A DNA stretch of 64,000 nt from Solirubrobacteraceae bacterium (GTDB lineage: Bacteria; Actinomycetota; Thermoleophilia; Solirubrobacterales; Solirubrobacteraceae). The stretch is taken from NCBI GenBank assembly GCA_050010595.1, contig JBEKKS010000004.1, positions 30,347-94,346 of the forward strand, given 5' to 3'. Positions within the stretch are counted from its first letter, which is position 1. The number at the start of each line of letters is the position of its first letter. Shown here in pieces: positions 8,358 through 18,721 of this stretch. The position numbers and the translations under genes are program-made. A model generated the notes under the pieces. It was not told the origin of the DNA. It worked only from the letters and a program-made list of their open reading frames with translations, and did not search any database.

Positions 8358-10906
8358 TGCCGCGCCCACAACCGCAAGAGATCACCTTCCAGATCGACGG
8401 GCGCGAGGTCAGGGCACCCGAGAACACGATGCTCGCCGACGCGGCAAAGCTCGGCGACATCGAGATCCCCGTCTTTTGTTACGAGCCCAAGCTCGGCCAG
8501 CCGGTCGGCGCCTGCCGAATGTGCCTAGTCGAGATCGAGGGCATGCCGAAGCTCCAGACGGCGTGCTCGACCGCGGTCAAGGACGGCATGGTCGTCCACA
8601 CGCGCTCGGAGCGCGCGAAGGTCGCGCAGGAAGCGGTCGTCGAGTTCCTGCTGATCAACCACCCACTCGACTGCCCGGTATGCGACAAGGGCGGCGAGTG
8701 CCCGCTGCAGGACATCACCTTCGGCTGGGGCGGGGGCACCTCGCGCTTCATCGATCCAAAGCGCCACTTCCGCAAGCCGCTCGAGCTCTCGCCGCTGATC
8801 GCGATCGACCGCGAGCGCTGCATCCTCTGCTACCGCTGCGTGCGCTACTCACAGGAGATCGCCGAGGACTACCAGCTCGTGCTGCTCGAGCGCGGCGCGC
8901 ACAGCTTCGTCGGGACCTTCGACGGTCATCCCTACGTCGCGCCCTTCTCGGGCAACATCATCGAGCTCTGCCCGGTGGGCGCTCTGACCTCGCGTCCCTA
9001 CCGCTTCCGCGCGCGGCCGTGGGACATCGAGGACGCCGGCTCTCTCTGCACGCTCTGCCCGGCGCAATGCAACACGACGCTGACGGTGCGCGACGAGCGC
9101 GTTCTGCGCGTGCTCGAGCGTGATCACCACGAGGTCGACGACGGCTGGCTTTGCGACAAGGGCCGCTTCGCCTACCAGGCGATGCACGTCGATCAGCGCA
9201 TCACATCGCCGATGATCCGCGACGGCGGGGTACTGCGAGAGGTCGACTGGGATCGGGCGCTCGCCGAGGCCACCGGCGCGCTACGCCGCGCCGGTGCCGC
9301 AACGGCGGCCCTTGCCGGCGGCGGGGCGACCAACGAAGAGGGCCTGGTGCTCGGCCGCCTGCTGCGCGACGTCCTGCGCTCGCCGCACCTCGACTCGCGC
9401 GCCGGCAACGCTGTCAGCCTCGCGGACTGGCGCGCGCTCGCCGATCCGGCACTCGCCGCGCGCGTCTCAGACCTCGAGTTCGCGCATGCGGTGCTGGTGC
9501 TCGACTGCGAGCCGATCGACGACGCACCGATCCTCGAGCTGCGGATCCGCAAGGGGGTGCGCCGCAACGGCGTGAGGCTGCTGGTCGCCAGCGAGCGCCC
9601 CTCCGCGCTCGATCCGCGCGCGGAGGCAAGCCTGCGCTTCGCTCCGGGCCGCGGGGCGGAGCTCGCCTGGGCGCTGACTGCGGCGCTGCGGCGCGAGCCC
9701 GTCGAGGAGGCGGCGCACGCAGCGGGCGTCGAGGTGGCGGCCGTGCGGGGACTCGCGCGGGCCCTGCGATCGGCGGGCAAGGAGATCGTGATCTTCTACG
9801 GCGAGCGGCTGCTCGACGGCGACGCGGGCGGACTGCTCGCCCTCGCCGACGCGCTCGGCCTGGCGAAGCAGACTGGCGCCGGCCTGATCGGCATCCCGCA
9901 GGCAGCGAACGGCCGCGGCCTGCGCGAGGCGGGCGTGCTACCCGACGGCGGTCCCGGCCTGAGCGCGGCAAAGCTCGCGCGCGGCCACGACGCGAACGCG
10001 ATCGCGCGGGCGCTCGCCGGCGGCGAGCTCACCGCCCTCTACCTGCTCGACGTCGACCCGCTGCGCTCCCACCCGGACGGCGCCTTGTGGGAGCAGGCGC
10101 TCGGGCACGCGACGAGCGTGATCGCGCACGCGTCGTTCCTGACCGAGGGGCTGCGCGAGCACGCGACGGTGATCTTCCCGGCTGAGACGAGCGCTGAGAA
10201 GGAGGGCACTGTCACGCACCCCGATGGGCGCGTGCAGCGCCTGCGTCCCGCCGTCGGTCATGCAGGTGAGGTGCGGTCCGAGTGGCGCGTGCTTGCCGAT
10301 CTCGCCGAGCGGCTCGGCACCGCGATCGCGCCGCCGACCGCGCGCGCGCTCAGCGAAGAGCTGTTTGCGGAAGTGGCGTTCTACGACGGCCTGACGCTGG
10401 AGGCGCTCGCCGGCCGCGGCGTGCGCTGGCAGGAGCTTGCGGGCGCCGACGCGCTGCGCAGCGAACACCGCCCCGCGAAGCCGAAGCTGCGAAAGGCACC
10501 GCGCAGCGTGCGCGGCAAGCTGCGCCTCGGCGACTACCGATCGATCTGGGCAGCGCCCGAGGTCGAGGCCTCCCCTGCGCTCGCGTTCCTCACACGCAAG
10601 CAATGGGTCGAGCTCTCGCCAGGCGACGCACAGACGCTCGCGCTGCGCCACGACGAGGCGGTCGTCGTCGCCGACGCTGAGCGCGAGGTCCGCGCCCGCG
10701 TCGTCGTACGCGAGAACGCGCCCGCGGGCACAGCGTTCCTCGAGCGCGGGCTCGACGAGGACGGAGCCAACCGGCTGCGTGGCCCGCAGGTGACGATCCG
10801 CTCGGTCGCGAGCATCGAGGCGGAAGCAGCTGCGCTGGCAGCGGAGGCGCAGGCGGCAGCGGAGCACGAAAGCGAAGCCGCGCCAAGCGAGGCGAGCATT
10901 TCGTGA
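8357..10906 (+). CDS. nuoG: NADH-quinone oxidoreductase subunit G (75 kDa)
   Basis: It has an N-terminal 2Fe-2S site (CYEPKLGQPVGACRMCLVE) and the HPLDCPVCDKGGECPLQD and CILCYRCVRY clusters. A molybdopterin-like domain follows, then an Ala/Glu-rich C-terminal tail. Confidence 0.93.
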   Translation: MPRPQPQEITFQIDGREVRAPENTMLADAAKLGDIEIPVFCYEPKLGQPVGACRMCLVEIEGMPKLQTACSTAVKDGMVVHTRSERAKVAQEAVVEFLLINHPLDCPVCDKGGECPLQDITFGWGGGTSRFIDPKRHFRKPLELSPLIAIDRERCILCYRCVRYSQEIAEDYQLVLLERGAHSFVGTFDGHPYVAPFSGNIIELCPVGALTSRPYRFRARPWDIEDAGSLCTLCPAQCNTTLTVRDERVLRVLERDHHEVDDGWLCDKGRFAYQAMHVDQRITSPMIRDGGVLREVDWDRALAEATGALRRAGAATAALAGGGATNEEGLVLGRLLRDVLRSPHLDSRAGNAVSLADWRALADPALAARVSDLEFAHAVLVLDCEPIDDAPILELRIRKGVRRNGVRLLVASERPSALDPRAEASLRFAPGRGAELAWALTAALRREPVEEAAHAAGVEVAAVRGLARALRSAGKEIVIFYGERLLDGDAGGLLALADALGLAKQTGAGLIGIPQAANGRGLREAGVLPDGGPGLSAAKLARGHDANAIARALAGGELTALYLLDVDPLRSHPDGALWEQALGHATSVIAHASFLTEGLREHATVIFPAETSAEKEGTVTHPDGRVQRLRPAVGHAGEVRSEWRVLADLAERLGTAIAPPTARALSEELFAEVAFYDGLTLEALAGRGVRWQELAGADALRSEHRPAKPKLRKAPRSVRGKLRLGDYRSIWAAPEVEASPALAFLTRKQWVELSPGDAQTLALRHDEAVVVADAEREVRARVVVRENAPAGTAFLERGLDEDGANRLRGPQVTIRSVASIEAEAAALAAEAQAAAEHESEAAPSEASIS

Positions 10907-11925
10907 TCGGGCTCGTCGACTACTACGAGGCCTGGTGGATCCAGATCATCAAGGGCATCATCCTGTTCGCCGTCGGGCTGCAGATCGTGCCGCTCGTGCT
11001 GCTCGCCGAGCGCAAGCTGCTCGGCCGCTTCCAGGGCCGCTACGGACCAAACCGCGTCGGCCCCTACGGCCTGATCCAGCCGCTGGCGGACATCGTGAAG
11101 CTGCTCGGCAAGGAGCAGTCGCGCCCGGAGACATCCGTCGGTCCGCTTTACATCCTCGCGCCGATGATCTCGATCATGACCGCCGTTGCGACCTTCGCGA
11201 TCATCCCCTTCGGCGACGCGCCGCACATCTTCGGCACGCGCGTCGGCCTCTATGGCGTCGACGTCTCGATCGGCCCGCTCTACATCTTCGCGCTGTCGGC
11301 GATCGCCTTCTACGGGTTGATGCTCGGCGGCTGGGCCTCGGGCTCGAAGTACTCGTTCCTCGGCGCGATGCGCGCCGCGGCGCAGCTGATCTCCTATGAG
11401 GTCTCGCAGGGACTTGCCCTCGTCGGCGTTCTGATCACTGCCGGCACGCTGTCGCTGACCCAGATCGTCCATGCGCAGGAGGGCATGTGGTACATCGTGC
11501 CCCAGCTCGCGGGCTTCATCATCTTCATGGTCGCGGCTTTTGCGGAGACCAACCGCGCCCCGTTCGATCTTGCCGAGGCGGACGCCGAGCTCGTCGGCGG
11601 CTACAACACCGAGTACGGCGGCGGACGTTTCGCCTCCTACTACTTCGCCGAGTACCTGAATATCGTCGTCGTCTCGGGGGTGGCGACGACGCTCTTCCTC
11701 GGTGGCTGGCTGATCCCTGGCTGGCACGGGCAGCCCGCGTGGACAGACCCGTTCGTCGTCCTGATCAAGATGACGCTCTTCCTCATCTTCTTCATCTGGA
11801 TTCGCGCGACGCTGCCGCGCCTGCGCTACGACCAGCTGATGAGCTTCGGCTGGAAGGTCCTGCTCCCGCTCGCGACGCTCAACACGCTCGCGACCGCGAT
11901 CATCGTCGTGGCGGTGCATGGATGA
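10903..11925 (+). CDS. nuoH: NADH-quinone oxidoreductase subunit H
   Basis: It is a polytopic membrane protein with NuoH/ND1 motifs ([36 protein letters not shown]). Confidence 0.95.
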   Translation: MIGLVDYYEAWWIQIIKGIILFAVGLQIVPLVLLAERKLLGRFQGRYGPNRVGPYGLIQPLADIVKLLGKEQSRPETSVGPLYILAPMISIMTAVATFAIIPFGDAPHIFGTRVGLYGVDVSIGPLYIFALSAIAFYGLMLGGWASGSKYSFLGAMRAAAQLISYEVSQGLALVGVLITAGTLSLTQIVHAQEGMWYIVPQLAGFIIFMVAAFAETNRAPFDLAEADAELVGGYNTEYGGGRFASYYFAEYLNIVVVSGVATTLFLGGWLIPGWHGQPAWTDPFVVLIKMTLFLIFFIWIRATLPRLRYDQLMSFGWKVLLPLATLNTLATAIIVVAVHG

Positions 11926-12470
11926 GCATCCAGGTACAGCGCTGGAGTCCCGGCGATGACCAGATCGAAGTTCAGCGCGCACCGGAGCCCGGCGGCGCCG
12001 GCGGCGCCTACCGCGCTTTCGGCGAGACGCTGCGCGGCCTGAAGACGACGTTCGCGCGCGTCATCGAGGGCGTGCACACGATCCAGTACCCGGAGCAGAA
12101 GGTCGCGGTGTACCCGCGCTTCCGCGGCCGGCACAAGCTCCACCGCTTCGAAGACAGCGGACTCGAGAAATGCGTCGGCTGCTCGCTCTGCGCTGCCGCC
12201 TGCCCGTCTGACTGCATCCGCGTCGTCGCCGCGGAGAACACGCCGGAGCACCGTGTGTCGGCCGGCGAGCGCTACGCCGCGGTCTATGAGATCAACATGA
12301 GCCGCTGCATCTTCTGCGGCTACTGCGAGGTCGCGTGCCCGTTCGATGCGATCACGATGGGGCACGACTACGAGCTTTCCGACTACAACCGCGGCGACCT
12401 GATCTTCACGAAGGAGATGCTGCTAGCCGAGCCACTCGACCAGACGCCGCTGCGGGCGCAGGGAGAGTAA
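11922..12470 (+). CDS. nuoI: NADH-quinone oxidoreductase subunit I (2x4Fe-4S)
   Basis: It has the motifs [12 protein letters not shown] and [12 protein letters not shown]. Its start overlaps the nuoH stop as ATGA. Confidence 0.93.
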   Translation: MSIQVQRWSPGDDQIEVQRAPEPGGAGGAYRAFGETLRGLKTTFARVIEGVHTIQYPEQKVAVYPRFRGRHKLHRFEDSGLEKCVGCSLCAAACPSDCIRVVAAENTPEHRVSAGERYAAVYEINMSRCIFCGYCEVACPFDAITMGHDYELSDYNRGDLIFTKEMLLAEPLDQTPLRAQGE

Positions 12471-12495
12471 TGGCCGCCACACAGCTGGACTGCTG

Positions 12496-13149
12496 ATGTC
12501 CTACCTCGTCTTCTTCATTGCAGCGCTCGGGACGCTGGCGGGAGCGATCGGCGTGATCGCGCTCAAGGATCCGTTCTACAGCGTGCTGGCGCTCGTCGTT
12601 CACCTGATCTCGCTCGCCGTCCTGTTCATGCTGCTACAGGCCGAGTTCGTCGCCGCAGCGCAGGTCGTCGTCTACGCGGGCGCAGTGATGGTGCTCTACG
12701 TCTTCGTGGTCTCATACGTCGGCGGACAGAACCTGCCCAGCGCACACGGACCTGGGCGCGCGGGCACGCTCGGTGCATTCGCCTGCGCCGGCGCGCTCGT
12801 TGTCGAGCTATTCATCGCGGTGCTCGGCTCCGGTCTGAAGGCGATCGGGACCGGCGGCGCGCACGTCGCGCCGAGCTTCGGCAACCCGGAGGCGATCGGA
12901 ACCCTGTTCTTGACGAAGTTCCTCGCGCCGTTCGAGATCGCCTCATTCCTGCTGCTGCTCGCCGCCGTCGGCGCCGTCACGCTAGCGCGCCGGCGCGGTG
13001 GACTGGAGAGCGGGGTCGAGGAGCACGCGCCGCACGTCAGCGTCGCCGAGTTCATGCGCGGGCGGCCCCTCTACACCGGGACCCAGCACGAGACACTGGG
13101 CTATCCGGAGTCGCTGCCGGCGCCGCGCGCCAAGGAGCCGGCCAAGTGA
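12496..13149 (+). CDS. nuoJ: NADH-quinone oxidoreductase subunit J
   Basis: It has 5 TM segments, ND6-like sequence (VVYAGAVMVLYVFV) and the expected position in the operon. Confidence 0.88.
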   Translation: MSYLVFFIAALGTLAGAIGVIALKDPFYSVLALVVHLISLAVLFMLLQAEFVAAAQVVVYAGAVMVLYVFVVSYVGGQNLPSAHGPGRAGTLGAFACAGALVVELFIAVLGSGLKAIGTGGAHVAPSFGNPEAIGTLFLTKFLAPFEIASFLLLLAAVGAVTLARRRGGLESGVEEHAPHVSVAEFMRGRPLYTGTQHETLGYPESLPAPRAKEPAK

Positions 13150-13165
13150 CGCGGGTGACGCAGCG

Positions 13166-13465
13166 ATGACGATCGCCTGGTATCTCGCAGTCTCCGCACT
13201 GATCTTCGCGATCGGTGCCGGCGGCGTCCTCGTGCGGCGCAACCCGCTCGTGATCCTGCTCTGCCTCGAGCTGATGCTGAACGCCGCGAACCTCGCGCTG
13301 ATCGGGTTCTCGAGGATGTGGGGCAACAACGACGGTCAGATCTTCGCCTTGATCGTGATGGTCGTCGCCGCCTGCGAGGTCACGGTCGGCCTCGGCGTGA
13401 TCGTCGCGATGCACCGCCGTCGGCTACCCGTGGACGTCGACTCGATGCGGGAGCTGCAGGGATGA
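13166..13465 (+). CDS. nuoK: NADH-quinone oxidoreductase subunit K
   Basis: It is 99 aa with 3 TM segments and ND4L motifs (LCLELMLNAANL, VAACEVTVGL). Confidence 0.92.
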   Translation: MTIAWYLAVSALIFAIGAGGVLVRRNPLVILLCLELMLNAANLALIGFSRMWGNNDGQIFALIVMVVAACEVTVGLGVIVAMHRRRLPVDVDSMRELQG

Positions 13466-15471
13466 GCGCCACCACCGCCGGCTGGCTCGTGCTCGCTGGG
13501 CCACTGCTGGGCACGCTGCTGATCGCGCTCGGCTTCAAGCGCCTGCCGGGCCGTAGCGCGGGCTGGATCGGCACCGCGGCGATCGCCGTCGCGTTTGCGT
13601 TCGCGATCGTCGCGTTCATAAAGTTGCAGGCGGTGGCGCCCGCGCACCGCGAGCTCACCTCATCGCTGTGGACGATCGCGAACACGACCGGCGTGAACGC
13701 CGGCGCGACGATCCTGGTCGACCCGCTGTCGGTTTTCATGATCTGCGTCGTCGCCGGCGTCTCGATGCTGATCCACCTCTACTCGGTCAGCTACCTGCAG
13801 GGCGACGAGGGCTACGCACGCTTCTTCGCCTACCTGAACTACTTCGTCTTCTCGATGCTGCTGCTGGTCCTCGCAGGGAACTTCCTGCTACTGATCGTCG
13901 GCTGGGCGTTCGTCGGCGCTGCCTCCTACCTGCTGATCAGCTTCTGGTACAGGCGCACGACTGCGACGAACGCCGGCATCAAGGCGTTCGTGATCAACGT
14001 GCTCGGCGACGTTGGCCTCGTGCTTGGCACGTTCTTCATCTTCAGCCACACGCATACGCTCGACTTCGTCACGACGTTCCACCTCGCCCCGAAGGTCTTC
14101 GCGAGCGGGAGCGGGGACGTGACGGCAGGCTGCCTGCTACTGCTGGTTGGTGCGTTCGCGAAGTCGGCGCAGATCCCGCTGCACACGTGGTTGCCGGACG
14201 CGATGGAGGGTCCGACCCCGGTGTCGGCGCTGATCCATGCGGCGACGATGGTTACGGCCGGCGTCTACCTGATCGCGCGCATGCACCCGCTCTTCCAGCT
14301 TGCTCCGGCAGCCGAGGACGTAGGAGCGATCGTCGGTGCGACCACGCTGCTCGTAGCGGGCACGATCGGCCTTGCCGCCGTCGACATCAAGCGCGTCATC
14401 GCCTACTCGACGATGTCGCAGATCGGCTACATGATCATGGCGGTGTCCGCCGGGGCCTATGCCGCCGGACTCTTCCACCTGATGACCCACGCCTTCTTCA
14501 AGGCGCTCCTCTTCATGGGGGCGGGCTCGGTGATCGGCGCGATGGGCGGCGACCAGTCACTCGACCGGATGTCGGGGATGCGCAAGGCGCTGCCGTTCAC
14601 GTTCGCGTGCTTCTTGATCGGCGGCCTCGCGCTTTCGGGGATCCCGCCCTTCAGCGGCTTCTTCTCGAAGGACGACATCCTTGCCCAGATCGGCAGTCGC
14701 GGCGGCTGGTACTGGGGGCTGTACGCCGCCGGCTACATCGGCGCCGCACTGACCGCGCTGTACACGTTCCGGATGATCTTCCGCGCCTTCCTCGGCGAGC
14801 CGTGTGAGCAGGCGCGCGAGCTGATCGACCACGGCCACCTCTTCCATCCGCAGCAACCGACGAACCCCGCCAACGGCGAGGTCGAGGACACCGACGTCGG
14901 CTTCCCCGGCCCCGACCACGTGATCGCCGAGCGCGCGCTGCCGATGCGCGCCGCGATGGGCCTGCTCGCGCTGCTTGCGATCGGGGGCGGCATCGTCGGG
15001 ATCCCGAAGACGACGAGCTGGCTCGACAACTTCCTCGCGCCGACGTTCGCCAACTCGACGATCCACTTGCACCCGTCCAACACCCTGATCTACGTCGGCC
15101 TGGTCCTTGGCACGGTGATCGGACTGCTCGGCATCGCCGCCGCGTGGCTGATCTGGGTCAAGCAACCCGCGATCGCGCCAGCTGCGGCCAAGCGCTTCGC
15201 GCCGCTCTACCGCCTGTTTGTCAACAAGTGGTACTTCGATGAGCTGATCGACGCGCTCGTCGTCTCGCCGGCGGCCTGGTTCGGTCGCTTCGCCCAGGGC
15301 ACGTTCGAGCGCGTCTTCGTCAACGGCACGCTGATCGGCGGCTCGACGGCGATCGTGCGCGCCGGCTCCGCGGTGGTGCGTAGTGCCGAGAGCGGCTTTG
15401 TCCGCTACTACGTGGCGTTCGTCGTGATCGGGCTGAGCGCAGTTGGCCTCTACTTCCTCCTCCAAAGCTGA
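13462..15471 (+). CDS. nuoL: NADH-quinone oxidoreductase subunit L
   Basis: It is an ND5/Mrp antiporter-like protein (AKSAQIPLHTWLPDAMEGPTPVSALIHAATMV). Its start overlaps the nuoK stop as ATGA. Confidence 0.94.
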   Translation: MSATTAGWLVLAGPLLGTLLIALGFKRLPGRSAGWIGTAAIAVAFAFAIVAFIKLQAVAPAHRELTSSLWTIANTTGVNAGATILVDPLSVFMICVVAGVSMLIHLYSVSYLQGDEGYARFFAYLNYFVFSMLLLVLAGNFLLLIVGWAFVGAASYLLISFWYRRTTATNAGIKAFVINVLGDVGLVLGTFFIFSHTHTLDFVTTFHLAPKVFASGSGDVTAGCLLLLVGAFAKSAQIPLHTWLPDAMEGPTPVSALIHAATMVTAGVYLIARMHPLFQLAPAAEDVGAIVGATTLLVAGTIGLAAVDIKRVIAYSTMSQIGYMIMAVSAGAYAAGLFHLMTHAFFKALLFMGAGSVIGAMGGDQSLDRMSGMRKALPFTFACFLIGGLALSGIPPFSGFFSKDDILAQIGSRGGWYWGLYAAGYIGAALTALYTFRMIFRAFLGEPCEQARELIDHGHLFHPQQPTNPANGEVEDTDVGFPGPDHVIAERALPMRAAMGLLALLAIGGGIVGIPKTTSWLDNFLAPTFANSTIHLHPSNTLIYVGLVLGTVIGLLGIAAAWLIWVKQPAIAPAAAKRFAPLYRLFVNKWYFDELIDALVVSPAAWFGRFAQGTFERVFVNGTLIGGSTAIVRAGSAVVRSAESGFVRYYVAFVVIGLSAVGLYFLLQS

Positions 15472-16982
15472 TGCTCTCGATCCTGATCTGGCTCCCGATC
15501 GCTGCGGCGCTGCTCGGCGCGTTGATCCCGCTGCGTCGCGTCGGCGGGCTCTTCGCCCTCGCAGGGGCTTCAGGGGCGCTCGGGATCACGATCGCGCTGA
15601 TCGCCAACTACAGCGGACACGGCTACGCGCACGTAACGAACACGGTCTGGATTCGCTCGCTCGGGATCCACTACTCGCTCGCGGTCGACGGGCTCAACCT
15701 GTTCCTGGTCGCGCTCACAACGTTCTCATTCGCGCTCGCGATGGCCGCAGCGAATTTCCGCGACTGGCCGCGTCCGCGCGTCTTCTTCCCACTCTTTGCG
15801 CTTGCAGAGTCGGCCGTCCTCGGCGCTTTCCTCGCCCAGGACCTGGCGCTGTTCGTCGCGTTCTTCGACCTGATGCTGATCCCGTTCTACCTGCTGCTCG
15901 GGGTCTGGGGCGGCCCGAACCGTGTCGCCGCAACGCTGAAGCTCGTGATCTATACCTTCGTCGGTTCGCTGTTGATGCTCGCAGGGGCGATCGCGCTCGC
16001 GGTCCTAACCTCGGAGCACAGCGGCCACACCCTGAGCTTCGCCTACTCGGCGCTCGCCGCAAACCCGCTGCACAAGGGGACGCAGGAGTGGATCTTCCTG
16101 CTGTTCGCCGCCGCGTTCCTTGTCAAGATGCCAGCCTTCCCGCTGCACGGCTGGATGCCCGACGCCTACCGCGAGATGCCGGTGGAGGTGCTCGCAGTCT
16201 TCAGCGGCGTGCTTTCGAAGGTCGGCGCCTACGGGTTCCTCGCGATCGTGCTGCCGATCATGCCGCTGGCCGCGGTCCACTTCCAGACGCTGATCCTCGT
16301 GCTTGCGCTCTGCTCGATCATCTACGGCTCGGCGATGGCGTTCACACAGACGAATGCCAGGCTCATCGCCGGCTACTCGTCGGTCGCACAGCTCGGCTTC
16401 ATCACGCTCGGGATCTTCGCGTTCGCCTCGCAGGGAGCCCAGGGCGCGGTGCTGCAGATGGTCAACCACGGGCTCGTCGTCGCCCCGCTGTTCCTGATCA
16501 TCGGCCTGCTTGCAGCGCGCGCCGGCGGCTCGGATGACATCCGCGACATGGGTGGCATCGCCTTCCGCGCGCCGATTCTCGCGACGTTCTTCCTGATCGT
16601 CACCTTCGCGACGCTCGCGATGCCGGGCTCGGGCAACTTCGTCGGCGAGTTCCTGATCCTGCTCGGCCTCTTCAAGACGAAGATGGTCTTCTCGATCATC
16701 GCCTTCACCGGCGTCGTGATGGCGAGCGTGTATGCGCTGCGCGTCTTCATCCGCGCGATGCACAACCGCGTCGGTCCGCGCGTCGCGTCGCGCGAGCTGT
16801 CGTTGCGCGACGCGCTGGTGCTGGTGCCGTTCATCGGCGCGATCTTCCTGTTCGCGATCTACCCCCAGCTGCAACTGCACCGCAGCCAGAGCTCGGTGAC
16901 GAGCTCGATCGTGCGCGAGGAGGCGCTCACGCACACCGTCGACCCGAACATATTTGCCAACACGGCAGAGGTCGGAAAATGA
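15471..16982 (+). CDS. nuoM: NADH-quinone oxidoreductase subunit M
   Basis: It is ND4-like (VKMPAFPLHGWMPDAY). Its start overlaps the nuoL stop. Confidence 0.94.
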   Translation: MLSILIWLPIAAALLGALIPLRRVGGLFALAGASGALGITIALIANYSGHGYAHVTNTVWIRSLGIHYSLAVDGLNLFLVALTTFSFALAMAAANFRDWPRPRVFFPLFALAESAVLGAFLAQDLALFVAFFDLMLIPFYLLLGVWGGPNRVAATLKLVIYTFVGSLLMLAGAIALAVLTSEHSGHTLSFAYSALAANPLHKGTQEWIFLLFAAAFLVKMPAFPLHGWMPDAYREMPVEVLAVFSGVLSKVGAYGFLAIVLPIMPLAAVHFQTLILVLALCSIIYGSAMAFTQTNARLIAGYSSVAQLGFITLGIFAFASQGAQGAVLQMVNHGLVVAPLFLIIGLLAARAGGSDDIRDMGGIAFRAPILATFFLIVTFATLAMPGSGNFVGEFLILLGLFKTKMVFSIIAFTGVVMASVYALRVFIRAMHNRVGPRVASRELSLRDALVLVPFIGAIFLFAIYPQLQLHRSQSSVTSSIVREEALTHTVDPNIFANTAEVGK

Positions 16983-18511
16983 TCGCCGCCGCCGCCCACT
17001 TCCACGGCCCGCACATCGCCTGGGCCGCTCTCTCGCCGCTCGAGGCGCTGATCGGCGGGTCGGTGATCGTGCTGCTGGTCGGCCTGCTCGGTCCGCGCTT
17101 CATCCGCGAGCAGATCGTGCCCGCGCTGACGCTGGCGGCACTCGGCGCGACGATCGGCCTGACGCTCTGGCAGTGGCACACGCACGTCGCGGCGATCAGC
17201 GGTGCACTCGCAATCGATCCGCTGACCGAGATCATGACCTTGATCTTCGCCGCGAGCGGCATTGCCGCGACGCTGCTCTCCTGGCGCGGACAGGCACCGC
17301 GCGAGTCGGCGCACGGCGACTTCTTCGCGTTGATGCTCGGCTCGATCGCCGGGATGGTCGTGCTCGTCGCGGCACAGAATCTGGTGACGCTGTTCGTCGG
17401 TCTCGAGCTGCTGTCGATCCCGCTCTACGTCCTTTGCGCGACCGAGATGCATCGGGCGGCTTCGCTCGAGTCGGGGCTCAAGTACCTGATCATCGGCTCA
17501 GTCGGCTCGGCGACGCTCGTCTACGGACTCGCGCTCCTCTACGGCGCGACCGGCTCGACCGACTTCGGCGGGATCGCCAGCTCGATCAGCCACGGCCACA
17601 GCTCTGACACGCTCGTCCTGACCGGCGTCGCGCTGCTCGTAGTCGGACTCGCCTTCAAGGCCTCGATCGCGCCGTTCCATCAGTGGACGCCCGACGTCTA
17701 CGAGGGCGCTCCGACTCCGGTCACCGCCTTCATGTCGGTCGCGACGAAAGCCGCGGCATTTGGCGTGCTGTTGCGCGTGCTCGACGTGATGCTGCCCGCC
17801 GAGCACCTCAACTGGCGCCCGGCGCTGCTGGCGCTCGCCGCCGTCTCGATCATCGTCGGCAACGTCGGCGCGCTCGGCCAGAGCTCGCTCAAGCGCCTGC
17901 TCGCCTACTCATCGGTGGCGCAGGCCGGCTACATCCTCGCCGGCGTCGCGATCGCTACAACGCTCGGTGCGCGCGCGACGATCCTCTACCTGATCGTCTA
18001 TCTGCTGATGAACCTCGCCGCGTTCGCAGCGATCATCGCCCGCGAGCGCGCCACCCCCTACGGCGACGACATCGACGCGGTGGCCGGTCTTGGCGCAGCG
18101 GATCCTTGGCTTGCCTGGCCGCTCACGATCGCGATGCTCGCGCTCGCAGGCGTGCCCGCTACCGCCGGCTTCATCGGCAAGTTCTTCCTGATCGACGCGC
18201 TCGTCGGCGCCGGCTACACGTGGCTCGCGATAGTGATCGTCGTCGGATCGATGATCTCGCTCGGGTACTACCTGCGGGTCATCAGCGCGGTCTGGATGCG
18301 GCCGGCGCCAGGCGCAAGCGCAAGCGCCGCTGCCGGGGTGCCGGTGATCGCGGGTGGCTCACCCGAGGCTGACGCGCTCGCCAAGCCACAGATCGAGCTG
18401 CGCTTCGCCGCCGTCGTCTTCGCCGCCGCAACCGTGTTCTTCGGGATCGTGCCCCAACCGCTGTTCAACCTCGCAGCGCACGCGGCCCGTACCCTCGGCG
18501 GCGCACTGTAG
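16979..18511 (+). CDS. nuoN: NADH-quinone oxidoreductase subunit N
   Basis: It is ND2-like (FKASIAPFHQWTPDVYEGAPTPVTAF). Its start overlaps the nuoM stop as ATGA. It is the last gene of the operon. Confidence 0.94.
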   Translation: MIAAAAHFHGPHIAWAALSPLEALIGGSVIVLLVGLLGPRFIREQIVPALTLAALGATIGLTLWQWHTHVAAISGALAIDPLTEIMTLIFAASGIAATLLSWRGQAPRESAHGDFFALMLGSIAGMVVLVAAQNLVTLFVGLELLSIPLYVLCATEMHRAASLESGLKYLIIGSVGSATLVYGLALLYGATGSTDFGGIASSISHGHSSDTLVLTGVALLVVGLAFKASIAPFHQWTPDVYEGAPTPVTAFMSVATKAAAFGVLLRVLDVMLPAEHLNWRPALLALAAVSIIVGNVGALGQSSLKRLLAYSSVAQAGYILAGVAIATTLGARATILYLIVYLLMNLAAFAAIIARERATPYGDDIDAVAGLGAADPWLAWPLTIAMLALAGVPATAGFIGKFFLIDALVGAGYTWLAIVIVVGSMISLGYYLRVISAVWMRPAPGASASAAAGVPVIAGGSPEADALAKPQIELRFAAVVFAAATVFFGIVPQPLFNLAAHAARTLGGAL

Positions 18512-18669
18512 CCCCGCGATCGGCCGCGCCAGCGCAACGCGCTTACGCTGTCGCGCGAGCTCTCCGCAAGCGTGAGCCGATCAAGCGGGGCAACACGCGC
18601 CAGCCGGCGGCTATCTCCAACGCGAAGGACGAGACCACGCAGATGACCCGCAATACGCAGGCGGGGCGC

Positions 18670-18705
18670 GGCGGCCCCGCCTCAGAGGACTGGGGCGGGG
18701 CCGCC
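18670..18705. terminator. GC-rich hairpin (12-bp perfect stem GGCGGCCCCGCC / GGCGGGGCCGCC, 12-nt loop) between convergent nuoN and the ferritin-like gene
   Basis: The inverted repeat was read directly. It has no U-tract, which is common for high-GC actinobacterial terminators. Confidence 0.5.
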
Positions 18706-18721
18706 CGGACCCGCGGAGCGC

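Noticed and set aside
10534-11982. Very long ORFs antisense to bona fide genes. Examples are 10534-11982 opposite nuoG/nuoH, 51365-52978 opposite pyk, 21631-23205 opposite the radical SAM gene, 38227-39336 and 40153-41382 opposite the Mo-enzyme genes, 26984-28357 opposite acs, and 61473-62300 opposite odhA.
   Set aside because: They are Arg/Asp/His/Pro-rich with no motifs, and they mirror the GC3 bias of the real gene on the other strand. This is the expected stop-codon-poor artefact of a 70% GC genome.
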